41,981 bases of DNA from Octopus bimaculoides. Its lineage: Eukaryota. The stretch spans positions 27,867,110 to 27,909,090 of the forward strand of contig NC_068989.1 of assembly GCF_001194135.2 (NCBI RefSeq). Direction: 5' to 3'. Made by a program: the position numbers and the translations under genes. Shown here one piece after another: positions 23,721-36,474 of this stretch. The notes beneath the pieces were generated by a model, which saw only the letters and a program-made list of their open reading frames with translations, did not search any database and was not told the origin of the DNA. Each line of letters starts with the position of its first letter. Positions within the stretch are counted from its first letter, which is position 1.

Positions 23721-24205
23721 AAGAGGGCTGTGGAAAATTCGACATCATCTTTGCCGCGGCCGAATCCAGGGAAAGTGCCAGGTACAGAACAAAACCTACT
23801 CACGATGTTTATATTTTAAACCAAAACTTTTGGCAATCTCAGTCGTGACGGGTTTTGGAAGATCATGGGAAAGTTTGGTTTCTAGATAAATTCATCAGCA
23901 TGGTGCGATCGTTTCACGACTGATGCTCGCTCGAGTACTGAACAACGGAATTTCTTTCGATACATTCCCAGTCACTAATAGTTTCAAGCAGGACTGTGTA
24001 CACGCACCTACGCTGTTCAGTATGATGTTCTCAGTCATGGTAGCAGACGCCTTCTGCAACGACGATGAAGCAAGCATCAGATTCAGAGCTGATTGAAAAC
24101 TCTTCAACCTACAGAGACTACATGTCAAGACCAAGGTGGTAGAGGACATATTCCGCAACTTCCAGTTGAGAGATTGCTGCGGACTCAACACTGCCACAGC
24201 GGCGG
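23715..24205 (+). mobile_element. RTE-BovB-like LINE RT core fragment, inverted relative to the adjacent 3' end
   Basis: Plus-strand translation gives FKEGCGKFDIIFAA, QGKCQVQN, SRDGFWKIMGKFG, KFISMVRSFHD, FPVTNSFKQDCVHAPTLFSMMFS and KLFNLQRLHVKTKV. Confidence 0.9.
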
Positions 24206-24534
24206 ACGGACGGATGGTTGGATCGATGGATGGATCGATCGATTGATCGATTACTCGATAGATGGATGGATGGATATGTTTTTATATATGCCTTGTACAT
24301 GCCTTTTTTTCTTATGTAATTTTTGCTGCAATATACCACAACGAATCATAAGTTCATATTTCATTATTTGAAATTGCTTCATTAAAAATGTGTATTATGC
24401 GAAACTGAAATTTATTATTTACGAAAATAGATCGCTTAATACCACACTTTATTAATAAATTTTATAGATTCATATTTTAATGGCACAAACTGTATACATG
24501 CATGTGTGAGTATGTATTCATACATTAATAAGCT

Positions 24535-24633
24535 TATGTACATGCTTATTTATACATATACATATATACATATATATATATATAAATACATGCATTTATA
24601 TATACACGTTTATATATATATATATATATTTAC

Positions 24634-24684
<51 letters not shown>

Positions 24685-24758
24685 NNNNNNNNNNNNNNNN
24701 NNNNNNNNNNNNNNNNNNNNNNNNNNNNNNNNNNNNNNNNNNNNNNNNNNNNNNNNNN

Positions 24759-24789
<31 letters not shown>

Positions 24790-24890
24790 TATAAACATAC
24801 ATATATGCATTAATGTATGCATGTATGTATGTATGTATGCATGTATGTATGTATGTATGTATGTGCATGTATGTATGTGCATGTATGTAT
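24535..24890. repeat. (TA)n/(TATG)n compound microsatellite spanning a gap
   Basis: Direct reading. Confidence 0.95.
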
Positions 24891-26499
24891 ATGGTTGATG
24901 TTATTCTAAACTGTCTGTGCTACTCTTTGTGCCTGTGCAATCATCTTCACTTTGATTTTGCTATCTAAAAATATGCATTGCATAAACAACATTAATATTT
25001 TTGCGTTAACACTACCTTCATATGCTACAGAAATCTATCACCAAGCTCCCTGAAAAATGATGAGATATTATGTAAATGTTTAATGATAGTATAATTAGCT
25101 GAGACACATTTCATCGTTAATAAAATTGAACCACTGAAGACATCACCCTTTTCATCACTGCATACAATAAGTAAATTTAGTAGTTGTTCTAATTATAGTA
25201 TCAGTGTTCCATTTATCGGCTTGTATCATCTGAAGTCTTATAAATTCTATAACAGAATCCAAGGAAGAAGACTTAATTTAAGAGTTACTTATAAATATTA
25301 ATATCAAATGGCAATTATTGAAGTTAGTGAAATGACAGTGTGGGGTGAGTTGGTAGAATCAACAGAGAGACGTGTTTAGGCGTCACTGTATTTCTCTAAC
25401 TATTTATATTTTCTCAGCTCATCCTGCTTGGTATTTAAACTTTCAGGTTTAAAAAGATTAAATATCAGCCAATTTCATCGACTATGCCTATCCTCACCTG
25501 GAATGAATATTAAAAATTATTTTGTAACAATATGTCATATGTAGATAGCATTAATTATATAGTTGTGTCTCTCATTGAACTGTGTGATAATTTGTTACAT
25601 AATTTTTAGCGGTGAGAGGTCTTGCGAAAATATGATCAGGGTTAATCTTTCTTCAAGTAAACACATTTTCTAACAGTATAATAAGTGTTGTATTTTTGTC
25701 GCATACTTAAGAGGAAGGTAATGTCTATGACTCATTATAGGGCCTCCGAGACCAGGGAAACTAGGGAAATGTGGAGGTAAGTAATCCTAAATGGGAGACT
25801 TGACCCTTATATTTGTATCACAGTGTTTTACGCTAAAGGCATCCATGGGCCAGATGGTGCTGTCTCTTCTTGTCTAAGTCCTCAAAGAGTTCACTTGAGA
25901 AAAAGAAAATATTTTTCCTACGCTTAATTGTAAAATAAACGTATTCAAATAATGGGCTGAAAGAAAGAATTTTAGCAGCTTGGAATATATTCAACCGTTG
26001 ATATTGATCTAGATTTAACCGCTGGTTGGTCTTAAATCTGCAGGTGTGTGATCAAATGTATTGCAGTCGCGACAGACACGTCTTTTTGTATGTTTAGAAC
26101 TGCCTCGAAGAATTAGTGCTTTCTCAATAATGATGACATATTTTCAATTGAGGAACATTTTGTTCCTATTTCTAGTAGACTGAGAGGCGGACGAGCACAG
26201 ACTCTTACCCCCATAAGAATACGATTTTGTCAATATCACAAAATAAATGTTTCTCCTAGTTTCGCTATCAACCAAGTAGAAGTGCCAATTCTCGTTTCCT
26301 AATGAATAGGCAAATGATTTGGAAGGTGGCAAGCATCATCAAATGTGGACTGATTTCAAATCTGAACTTTCAGTAACTTGTAATTAGTTTCATTCGATCT
26401 CGAAATCAACTAAATATTTCAGATGTTTCGATGGTGTTTGGATAGTGCTTCGATTTATAACTGCATGTGTTTCTATTTCACTGATTTTTATAAGATAAT

Positions 26500-27000
26500 G
26501 GGGGAAAGAAGGTACTGTGTCCATGAATACAAGAGTTCTTTCAAGATTGGTGAGACTGAAGCAGTTTCTGTAGCAATGTCTTGAACAAACGTAGAGAGAA
26601 TTCCAAAGGTGCCCTACTGTTAGAAGAAAGCTTCGGTGAGGTATTCAGTACAAGATATTGACAGTAAAACGCTGATAAGGTGAGAGACGACATGGATGGA
26701 ATGAGTGAGCTTGTGTGTCAGGGGTATACAGATATCTAATTCGGAAGCTCAGAGACAATTCTAAAGGCAACTGAACAAGTAGAAAGAAGAAATATCTCGA
26801 TTATGAGTTGGTGGTTCAAGCCATTTAAGGGTTGGATATTTGCCAACTATCTAAGTAGCATTTTTTCTTATTCGGTGTCAGGAAAGCCGTACCATACAGC
26901 TATGAAATATATGAAGATGGCTGTTCTCTATTACCTATCGCTTCCAAATCTTTAGTGAGATGTGTATATGGAACAGCAGAGTGATTTTTAAGTGGCTAAG
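26500..27000 (-). mobile_element. Highly decayed CR1/L2/Jockey-type LINE 3' ORF2 remnant
   Basis: Frameshifted minus-strand fragments resemble the post-RT C-terminus (IQPLK, SFYLF, FF*Q*GTLWNSL-like). The match is weak. Confidence 0.45.
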
Positions 27001-29173
27001 TCAAAGACTATTGCCACTGATGCCCAGTTCATCTATTTCTAAATAGTTACGATATGGACTTAATTTTCCAGTAGTAAGTACGTGGTATACTCTATGACTG
27101 GGGTATATTTATTGGGTTACACTGAAGAATTCAGTTTTTTCCACAATTTTAGAACGTGCAATACACAGCTACTTCTGTTCCCCGCAAGAAATTTTGAAAG
27201 TACGGTGATCATCTGAAATTTAATCTTTTATCGTCACCGTCGAGTTTAGTAAAATTTCTCGTAATCAAACCTGAATTAAATTATTATATTTTCCATACAA
27301 ACCGTGAGAGATATTATATCTTATTCGGTTACGTAGATTTATGCTCTGAATTCAAATTCTCCTGCAGTTGGCATCATTGCCATTCACATTTCCTGAGGTG
27401 GAAACGATAAATAACATTAACTTGATCAGTTTGATCTTTACAATTATACCTCTTCCTTAATAATTTGTGCCTGTATTAAAGTTAAAAATCAATACGGTGT
27501 GCTGTATTAGTTTAATATAAACCTCGCAGACAAAAATCCTCTTGTGACACTTCGAAAGAAATATCAGTTTAATAACTTCCTCATTCTCAAAATAAAATCT
27601 ACTAACTGCTTAGTATTTAAGAATTTTTTCATCAATTTTGAGCTGAATTGTATTATTTTTTGATAAGCCAGCACGTTTCAGAATGAAGAATCGATGTTTT
27701 AAATATGATATTTATAAAGCGTTATGCTGAATGTTAAATTATAAACTTGTTTCCTATGTTCTCAGTCAATCGTCTCGATACTGTACATTCAATTTATATT
27801 CTGTATGCTGCGACGAAAATGTTTAACCATTTATTAAATATCTCCTTTAAACCAAAGCGTACCGTCTCCTTATTTATTGGTTTTATTAGAAAGAAATATT
27901 TCCGTCAATTTATATATTTATATGTACATTTGCTGCTGTTATGTTTGCTTTCATCCTTAATGTAGAAGATAATCTAACTGAATTATATCCAAAAGAGCTG
28001 AGTTATGTAATATACGGAGGCGTGGAGGATGAGAAAATATAATTTCTTCTAACTTTTGTTCACAGTGGTGCTTGTTTTGTTTTTAACTGAGCCAATTGAA
28101 GATCGATGATGGAAGAACTGTTTAAATAAACTTTGATTCTTCGTCGCATTTTACCAAGCCGTACTTAAATTAAAATATCTGTGTCTGTTCGTTCATGCTA
28201 CATGAACTATAATATAGTTTATTACGAAAGACATAATAAACAAATAATGGCCGATTTCTTGCAAAAATCTGTCTCGTTGAAAGCCGAAAACATTTTATTA
28301 AAAGTTGAAATAATATTATCACTTGCCGTAAAGTTATTAAAGAGAAAAAATTCAGTGTTATTTCATATTAAATTATAATTATCTGTTATTCGTTTTTATT
28401 TCTTAAGTAAATATCCTTTCTTCAAAGCATCGAAGTTCGTTTTATATTTACCAAAACTCCTAGAAAGATATGTTTTTCGAATGTTTAAATATATTTATTT
28501 ATAAAGTTTCCTTTCGATATTGACATTTCAAAGAACTTAATGTAAACTCTAACTAACATTAATATTATATCTTTAGAAAAATGGTCATTTAAATATTACA
28601 GACTATTCGGTAGAATATAACTTTATCACTTAAGCATTTCAAATATTCTGCTATTGTGAAAGAACAAACGTGAATTGTGAACTGAGTAATTATCATTCAG
28701 TGGTTTTATTTAGAAGTAAGTTGAACTAAACAGATTACCAGAGACACAGCTAATCGAATCAATAGAGTTCTGGACTGCAGACAAAAGAATCAATGGTTTT
28801 AACCACCACTTGCATCATTACAGCATCGTTTCCTTATAAACAAATAGCTGTTATGAGAAGATAGAATTCAATTCACTATTCTAAGCAACGTAATCACTGA
28901 CTCATGAACGAGTGTTTCTGTATCTATCACCAAGGGCACATTATTCCCACTATAGTCGGAAAGTGTAGCGCGGAAAAAAAACTATAAATATCGTATCATC
29001 TCTCGTTTTACCTCAAGTGCATTCTAATAATAAATTTCGTAATTTTATATGTAGTTTCAAAAAGGATAATCAAAGGAGAAAACACTGTATGAAATTTATG
29101 GAATCCAGTTACTAATATTTCATATGCGTGCAATAAATAGTAAAATGCACACATAATGCATATGTATACACAT

Positions 29174-29208
<35 letters not shown>

Positions 29209-30135
29209 CACAATGTTTGTGTGCGTGTGTAGGCTGTGTGTGCATGTGTGTGTATGTATGTGTATACATACATATATGCATACATATACCTTTGTTTGTA
29301 TATGTAAGCGTGTTAAGATTTACAGGCGAGAGAAAAAGTGGTCAATATAATGATTAAATTCATTTATTCAGAAGTTATTCTTAAATGTATTTTCATTCTG
29401 ACCGTCGCCGTTTTGTTCGATGAACTGACTAGGGCGACGTATAACTCTCAGGATATTGGAAATAGGCAAGTTAAGCTTGATAAAGCATTAGGTACACCTA
29501 CATTTCTATCTTATTGGTGTTGTTAGTTTTGTTGGTAACTGAAGCTGTTAGATTCGAGGGTTATTTTTATAGTTATCTCCACCTTGTTCGAACATGTATT
29601 TGTTCCTTGTAGTAGAGAGTTTTTTATAAAATTAAAAGTCTGAATATTGTGTTAGCTCAAAACTATAAGATGGATTCTCTTACATTTTAAATTTTTGCAG
29701 TTATGTATGGGTTATGGTTTCCGTTGCATTACGGTTTTAATTTATTACACTTTGTTATAATACATCATAGTAGCTAGGAGCAGTGCGAATAAATCTCTTC
29801 CTCGATAAGTATTTTTGATGGTTGTTTCCCAATTTTGCCAACTGGTCTTTTATAACTGAGAAGACAAATATTTGAAATATTCCAAACAGCGACTTTCAAA
29901 AAATACGATAGAATTAAAATAGGTGCAGAAGTGTATCGATTTACAAATATGAGATACAAATTCGTACATGTAATAGAATCATAGAAGATATAAACCCAAA
30001 ACAAATTCTTGAGACAGGGTATAGAAAAATACAAAATTTACATTTGGATCAAATCTTTATACATAGTAATCATGAGCCTTACAGATAGTTGATGGAGAGA
30101 ATTAAGAACAAAACTAGTACTATAGAACACACACG

Positions 30136-30136
<1 letters not shown>

Positions 30137-30182
<46 letters not shown>
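30137..30182. repeat. (AG)n microsatellite
   Basis: Direct reading. Confidence 0.98.
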
Positions 30183-30187
<5 letters not shown>

Positions 30188-30268
30188 TGGTGATTGATGG
30201 AATAAGTGTACACACATACACATTTACGTATATTTATGTATATTTATATATGCATACATGTATATATA

Positions 30269-30429
30269 GGTGCAGGAGTGGCTGTGCGGTAAGAAACTTG
30301 CTTCCAAACGACATGCTTCTAGGTTCAGCCCCACTGTGTGGTACCTTGGACAAGCGTTTCTACTATAGCCTCGGGTCGACCAAAGGCTTCTGTGTGGATT
30401 TGGTAGACGGAAACTGAAAGAATCTCGTC

Positions 30430-30430
<1 letters not shown>
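30269..30430 (+). mobile_element. tRNA-derived SINE head, ending in (TA)n at a gap
   Basis: GGTGCAGGAGTGGCTGTGCGGTAAG (A-box-like), GGTTCAGCCCC (B-box-like) and GATTTGGTAGACGGAAACTGAAAG; same family as the 17.1 kb and 21.8 kb copies. Confidence 0.9.
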
Positions 30431-30461
<31 letters not shown>

Positions 30462-30936
30462 NNNNNNNNNNNNNNNNNNNNNNNNNNNNNNNNNNNNNNN
30501 NNNNNNNNNNNNNNNNNNNNNNNNNNNNNNNNNNNNNNNNNNNNNNNNNNNNNNNNNNNNNNNNNNNNNNNNNNNNNNNNNNNNNNNNNNNNNNNNNNNN
30601 NNNNNNNNNNNNNNNNNNNNNNNNNNNNNNNNNNNNNNNNNNNNNNNNNNNNNNNNNNNNNNNNNNNNNNNNNNNNNNNNNNNNNNNNNNNNNNNNNNNN
30701 NNNNNNNNNNNNNNNNNNNNNNNNNNNNNNNNNNNNNNNNNNNNNNNNNNNNNNNNNNNNNNNNNNNNNNNNNNNNNNNNNNNNNNNNNNNNNNNNNNNN
30801 NNNNNNNNNNNNNNNNNNNNNNNNNNNNNNNNNNNNNNNNNNNNNNNNNNNNNNNNNNNNNNNNNNNNNNNNNNNNNNNNNNNNNNNNNNNNNNNNNNNN
30901 NNNNNNNNNNNNNNNNNNNNNNNNNNNNNNNNNNNN

Positions 30937-30975
<39 letters not shown>

Positions 30976-31358
30976 TGTTATATTTCGGGATGGTCATTAT
31001 TTTGTTTTTTTATCTATTGCCAAATAAAAATGAACACACGCACTATATATCTTCGCTCGCTAATTACTGTTCTTATTTTAACTAATATCCATTGACCGGA
31101 AACCTTGCGTCACATATCTGTGCCCTCTTCGGCGACCTTTTCCGTCAGCCTGTATCCTCCTGCTACATTAAGTCTCTCCTTCTGTGATGTGTATACTTAT
31201 CTGCCTTGTGTGAGATAAGCAGAGGAAGGGTATAACAGAGGAAAGATTTCTGGACCATAGGCATCAGTCAAAGCAAGAACAGTAATAAACGAGTGAAGAA
31301 CGAATATATAGTGTGTGTGTTTATCTGGACAAAAAAATGACCATCACGAAATTTAACA
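30976..31358. mobile_element. Foldback/MITE-like element with imperfect inverted arms of about 85-100 bp
   Basis: 30976-31073 (TGTTATATTTCGGGATGGTCATT...TTACTGTTCT) is an inverted match to 31276-31358 (AGAACAGTAAT...AATGACCATCACGAAATTTAACA). The inverted repeat is certain; mobility is inferred. Confidence 0.7.
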
Positions 31359-31429
31359 GTATGTTTCAACACACGGTTTCACATCAGGAATCTTGCAATA
31401 CGAATTCATAAACGTATAATGGAACGGGA

Positions 31430-31769
31430 TAAAGACACGCTTCGGTTATGAATGACCATGAGATTGCACCCAGAAAGTTCCCCTACAAGTCACATCAGAA
31501 CAATTTTTTTTATAGAAGATCAGCACTCACCTATACATACCAGCCTCCCCTCACCATGCCACCAATGTTATCTGAAGGAAAGACAAAGGCCGATATAGCT
31601 TGGCGCTAGTGAGTAACGTCGCAACTCATTTCTACAGATGATTGAACTGGAGCAACGCGAAATAAAGTGTCTTGCTCAAGAACACAACTCACAGCCCGGT
31701 GCGGAGATTGAACTCACTACCTTATGAATGTGAGCCTGACTCCCTAACCACTGAACCATTCGCCCCCAC
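31430..31769 (-). mobile_element. Second tRNA-derived SINE family, near full length
   Basis: Minus strand reads GTGGGGGCGAATGGTTCAGTGGTTAGG (A box), GAGTTCAATCTCC (B box), then TTGTGTTCTTGAGCAAGACACTTTATTTC (CORE-like). Confidence 0.85.
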
Positions 31770-32086
31770 GTATATATTATCGAGTTTGAAAACAGGGAGA
31801 TCTAATAGATACAAATTAATTCATTAATTAACATATTCACCTCCAATTGTTTCATTTCAAAACCAAAATTAAAACTACAAAACACCTAAATATATAATTT
31901 CGCATTTTAAAATATTCTGAATATTCCAACGGATTGTAATGTAATCCTTGTATTGTCCCTTGTGCAACCTAATGATTTTTCCATCCAATGAATTTAAATA
32001 TGCAAAATTATACATTATATATGTCTTGTAGCTTTAATTTTGGCCGTAAAATGAAACAATTTTGGTGAATATGTCAATTAATAAAT

Positions 32087-32266
32087 TAATTTGTATCCAT
32101 TAGGACTCTGTTTTCAAACTCGATAATAATATTTGATATTTTACGGTACTTTGTATAATACATTCATTGAAGAAACATCTCTTCAAAATACAATATATTT
32201 AACCAGTGTAACTTAGATAAAAATATCTCTATAAGAGGTTTAAACATCCTCATTGTGACTATATAT
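32087..32266 (+). repeat. Second copy of the unclassified repeat at 856-1028
   Basis: Colinear similarity with a shared 3' end ATCCTCATTGTGACTATATAT. Confidence 0.85.
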
Positions 32267-33019
32267 TTATATATATATATGCTGTACACGTGCTTACATT
32301 AATATGGTCAAGCAATAGCTGTATATATATGCACGTCTTCAGGTGAGCAGGTTCAAAAGCACTGCTAGATCATCTTAAGGTTCTTTTTGTTTTAAACCCA
32401 CACCAGTAGGTTATTTTTATGTTTCTGTTGACAAAGATCAACACAGAAAAATAAATACAAATCAGAAAAATACCAAACAAATTGATGGAAAAAAATTTAA
32501 TAGAGAAACTGCTCATTCAATTAATTCTTAACCACAGACTTTTCCCAACTTTTAGGAAAATAGATTAACATACTAAGATAATAAATGTGAACGATTGCTG
32601 GTCTCCTATGTCTGTTACCGTTCCATTTCAAAGGAAATCCTTGGAATATGGTCAGTTCTTTAGCACAGCAGGAGACCTAAACCTGTCTGCTTAGAGACTT
32701 AATTTTGGCTGTATAACGTTACTGACCCAGGGTTTGGTCACTTTACAAGTCATTATGAGAGGCTGTTAAATCAAGAATGTTTACTTACACGCATCCTTAT
32801 ACATACATACACATTTATTTAACATTGATATTGTTGTGTTCTTGTTATTGTTGGTATTTTTATATTCATTATTCTCATTGCTTTTGTTATCAACCTTATT
32901 ATTAGTTAATGACTTGTAGGTACATGGTGTTTCGTTATGCAACCATAATATATTATAAAATATATTAAATGTTTTTATAAGTCAACACCACGTCCTACTG
33001 CGTTAGCAGTGTTTATTAC

Positions 33020-33168
33020 ATTATTTTGGTAAGGTTATTTCTACAGAAAGTATAGCCAGCAATGATTTTTTTGCTACAACGTTTCAATCTGACGTCTCGA
33101 TTCGAAACGTTGTTGTAAAATATCAGTGCTGGCTATAATTTCTATAGAAATGACCTTAACAAAATAAT
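33020..33168. repeat. Imperfect hairpin palindrome with arms of about 66 bp
   Basis: ATTATTTTGGTAAGG...ACAACGTTTC (33020-33085) pairs with GAAACGTTG...CCTTAACAAAATAAT (33104-33168). Confidence 0.93.
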
Positions 33169-33599
33169 ATTATTATTAGTTCTTACAACATTCCCATAGT
33201 TACTTATATTACCAATGTTAAAGTTGATATTTCTATACATATGAGGATCATTTGACTTACTATAACTATGGTTTCCTACGTTCTGGTTCTCCCTATTTCA
33301 TGGATCCACGCTATCTTGGATGATATTTTCATAACTCGCAATTGCTTGATTCAGCTTGCAATTGTTAAATTTATGAATATGGTATTCCAGCCTATTTGAT
33401 GTTACACAGGACAGTTTCACCATATGCCTAGTAAAAAATTTATAATATCTACTGGATTTAGGGAAATGTTTATTTCCTTAGCAAATTTAGACGAAACATG
33501 TAATCAGAACACCGGATTATACAATAAAATCCGACCTTTAAAATGCTTATTGTTAGGTTTAGTGTAATTGTTACCATTCTTGGTAATTATGCAGATGGA

Positions 33600-34600
33600 A
33601 TATATGTTAATTTTTTTTATCCTTATTCCCAACATTTTTCTTTCCATCTTTAATTCCATTTATATTCATATTTATTCCACTATTCGAATCTGACAACATA
33701 AATATTATTCCGTCGACAACATAAATATTATTCTATCTTAAATAGGTCCAACCTGAAGCTATACTATAAATATTATTCTATCTTTAATAGATCCACCCTG
33801 AAGCTATACTATTCCACCCCACCCAACTTCGAATCTAGCAGCCTCTAATAAACAAAAACGTTCTCTCTTCTATCAAAACTCACACCATAACAACTGTGAA
33901 TACACGAGCGCCCAACATGTATACAGCTCCAGCATTGAACCCCATACGTTAGATCACATCCATAACCCGGCCCAACATACTAGCACTACCCGGAATACTA
34001 CGAGAACTGCCACCACCCTTACAAATAGAATAATTAACAACAATGATAGCAATAATAACAATAATAGTTATAATAACAATACTACTAATAACTTAGACCT
34101 TTTTAACCCCTTCTCTAACCTCTCCTCTGACGGTATTACCTCCTCCATTCCTGATAATAATCCCCAAAATACACCCACTTTTAACTGCCGTCCTGGGTCC
34201 CATTGTAGAAGAACTAATGTAATTTATAAATGCACCGTCCTCAACATATTACACAATTCTACAGCCACATATATATGATCAACCATAAATTTTAAACAGT
34301 GATATGCCGCTCATCTCATTCTTTTTAGATACGAGAAACACAGTAAATCCACAACACTCGCCAGTCACATATATCATCTCGAAAATAGAAATATTCCCTA
34401 CACTCTGTCATGATCCATAATAGATTCAGGGCTTCCATATCAAGGTTAACGCTTACCCTGTAAGCTATGCCTTAAACAGGCATTCCACATATCAAAACAC
34501 AACTCCTCAACACTACTAAACAAATATAATGAGGCCCTAAGCACATGCAACCACCGTATTTTCATACCTTCAAATTTTACCACAAATCTAAATGCAACCT
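33600..34600 (+). mobile_element. Penelope-like element, Naiad-like, linker and GIY-YIG remnant
   Basis: Translation gives HKYYSIFNRSTLKLYYSTPPNF, an Asn/Thr-rich linker, NCRPG..C..NVIYKCTV (34216), TYI*ST.NFKQ, RYEKHSKSTTLASHIYHL, S*SII, CKLCLK and LLNKYNEALSTCNHR. It may extend upstream to about 33380 (FDVTQDSF). Confidence 0.85.
33692..33810. repeat. Nested short tandem duplications (19 bp x2 and 45 bp x2)
   Basis: 33692-33710 matches 33715-33733; 33721-33765 matches 33766-33810 with a few substitutions. Confidence 0.9.
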
Positions 34601-34734
34601 AAATAACCACACAGTATATACCCACAACACCTCTACTATCCCCAACAACCCTACCTATCTCCATCTTAAATTTTAATCTTTAACTCCCCCATCTTACTTT
34701 AAGAATCACAATTATTGAATAATGCATATATGAA

Positions 34735-35195
34735 CATACAAGCGGGTACATACAAACGTGTGTATAAAAATGTGTGTACAGGTATTTTATGTATGTATGT
34801 ATTTGTATGTGAGTATATGTAAATACATATATGTGTGTATGTGTATATGTATGTGTGCGTGTATACATATATATATATGTGTGTACGTGCGTATGTATGT
34901 GTGCGTGCATTTATATATACAAATATATATAAATGAGTGTGTATATGTGTATATATGTATACGTAAGTACCTGTATACCAGGATGCGCGTGACTGAAAAT
35001 GTGTGCAGTTGCGCGCACGTACGTTGTGTGCATGTATATGTACATGTATGCGCACGCATATGCATATAGATCACATCTATGAATGCGCGTGAGCATGCAT
35101 GTGTATATACGCGTGTGTATGTACAGGCGTATGTATATGTCTATATATATATATATATATATGTATGTGTGCGTATATATGTATACGTATTCGCA
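34735..35195. repeat. Degenerate TG/TA/GC alternating purine-pyrimidine tract
   Basis: Direct reading; source of several pseudo-ORFs. Confidence 0.9.
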
Positions 35196-35903
35196 AATAT
35201 ACATTCTTTCGTTTTTTTCCTACCTATCACTAACCTATCACACACGTTTATTTATAATAATTTGGCATCCTTGTATTCTTCCCTCTACCTCAAATTTTAC
35301 TACCAAAACTACTACTCACTTCTGTATCGCTCCATCCTTACTTTTTCTCTACATTTTCTCTACCCATCCATTAATGCAGCTCTGTCATAACACCCCTGCT
35401 CACATATCTCAAATTATTTTACTCCTTACCTTCTCATCTCTTCCTCTCCTTTCCCCACAACTCTCCCATCCTCCCTCACATTAGTTTGACCACTAACTAA
35501 CACTTCTCTCACTTCCTTCACCATTTCTTCATTTTTTTCACTCTTTGCTTTTGTCTCTCTCGCTTTTTTCACTCTTAGATTCTGTCTCTCTCCCCTTTTT
35601 CTTTTTTGCTTTTTCTTTTTATTCTCCTTTCATTGTCTCTTCCTGATTTAGATTTGACCTTCTCCTCTTTCTAATCATACACATCTCTTCTCCCTCCATC
35701 TATCCATAGATAAAGCCAATACATTCTCAAATTTTCATTCACACCACAAAACCCTTTCGAACGAACGACACTGATACCACAGCTCCATGCTTTGAAATGA
35801 CTAGATATGAACTGCTATATCCCAGAAACAGCTGTAAGACTATTTCATTATAAATGCCCTTAAAACTCCACACGGCCTTGGATTTGTTATCTCATTCGGT
35901 TTA

Positions 35904-35957
35904 ACACACACACACACATACATATACAAACACACACACACACACATACATACACAA

Positions 35958-35993
<36 letters not shown>

Positions 35994-36225
35994 TGAACGA
36001 ACAACATATATGAATCCTGGTGGTTTGTAAATTCGGCACATGTAGGAAGAGAGTGAAATAATTCTCAAGCTTTTGATAAAATATATTGTAATTAACAAGA
36101 AAATAATTATGTTATCAGACAGTTACTGTTCATTATAATTTCAAAATATGTATGACTGTGGAGATTTCCGTTTAACTTGTCCCAACAAATGAATATTGCT
36201 TTGCACAAACACACTGGCATATCTA

Positions 36226-36268
<43 letters not shown>

Positions 36269-36272
36269 ATAA

Positions 36273-36309
<37 letters not shown>

Positions 36310-36438
36310 GAGAGAGAAGGGGGAAAGGAAGGAGGGAGAGGTAAATAGATAGATAGATACATACATACATAAACACATAGGTATGTATTTATATATATAC
36401 ACACACACACGCACACAACACATATATATATATATCTA

Positions 36439-36474
<36 letters not shown>

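Noticed and set aside
30269-30345. tRNA genes (also 31695-31769)
   Set aside because: These are A/B-box-bearing SINE heads continuous with SINE bodies; I could not build a cloverleaf.
32616-32673. Possible 58-nt minus-strand exon (VSCCAKELTIFQGFPLKWN) with AG/GT boundaries
   Set aside because: The polypyrimidine tract is weak and the peptide is unrecognised; such signals are expected by chance.
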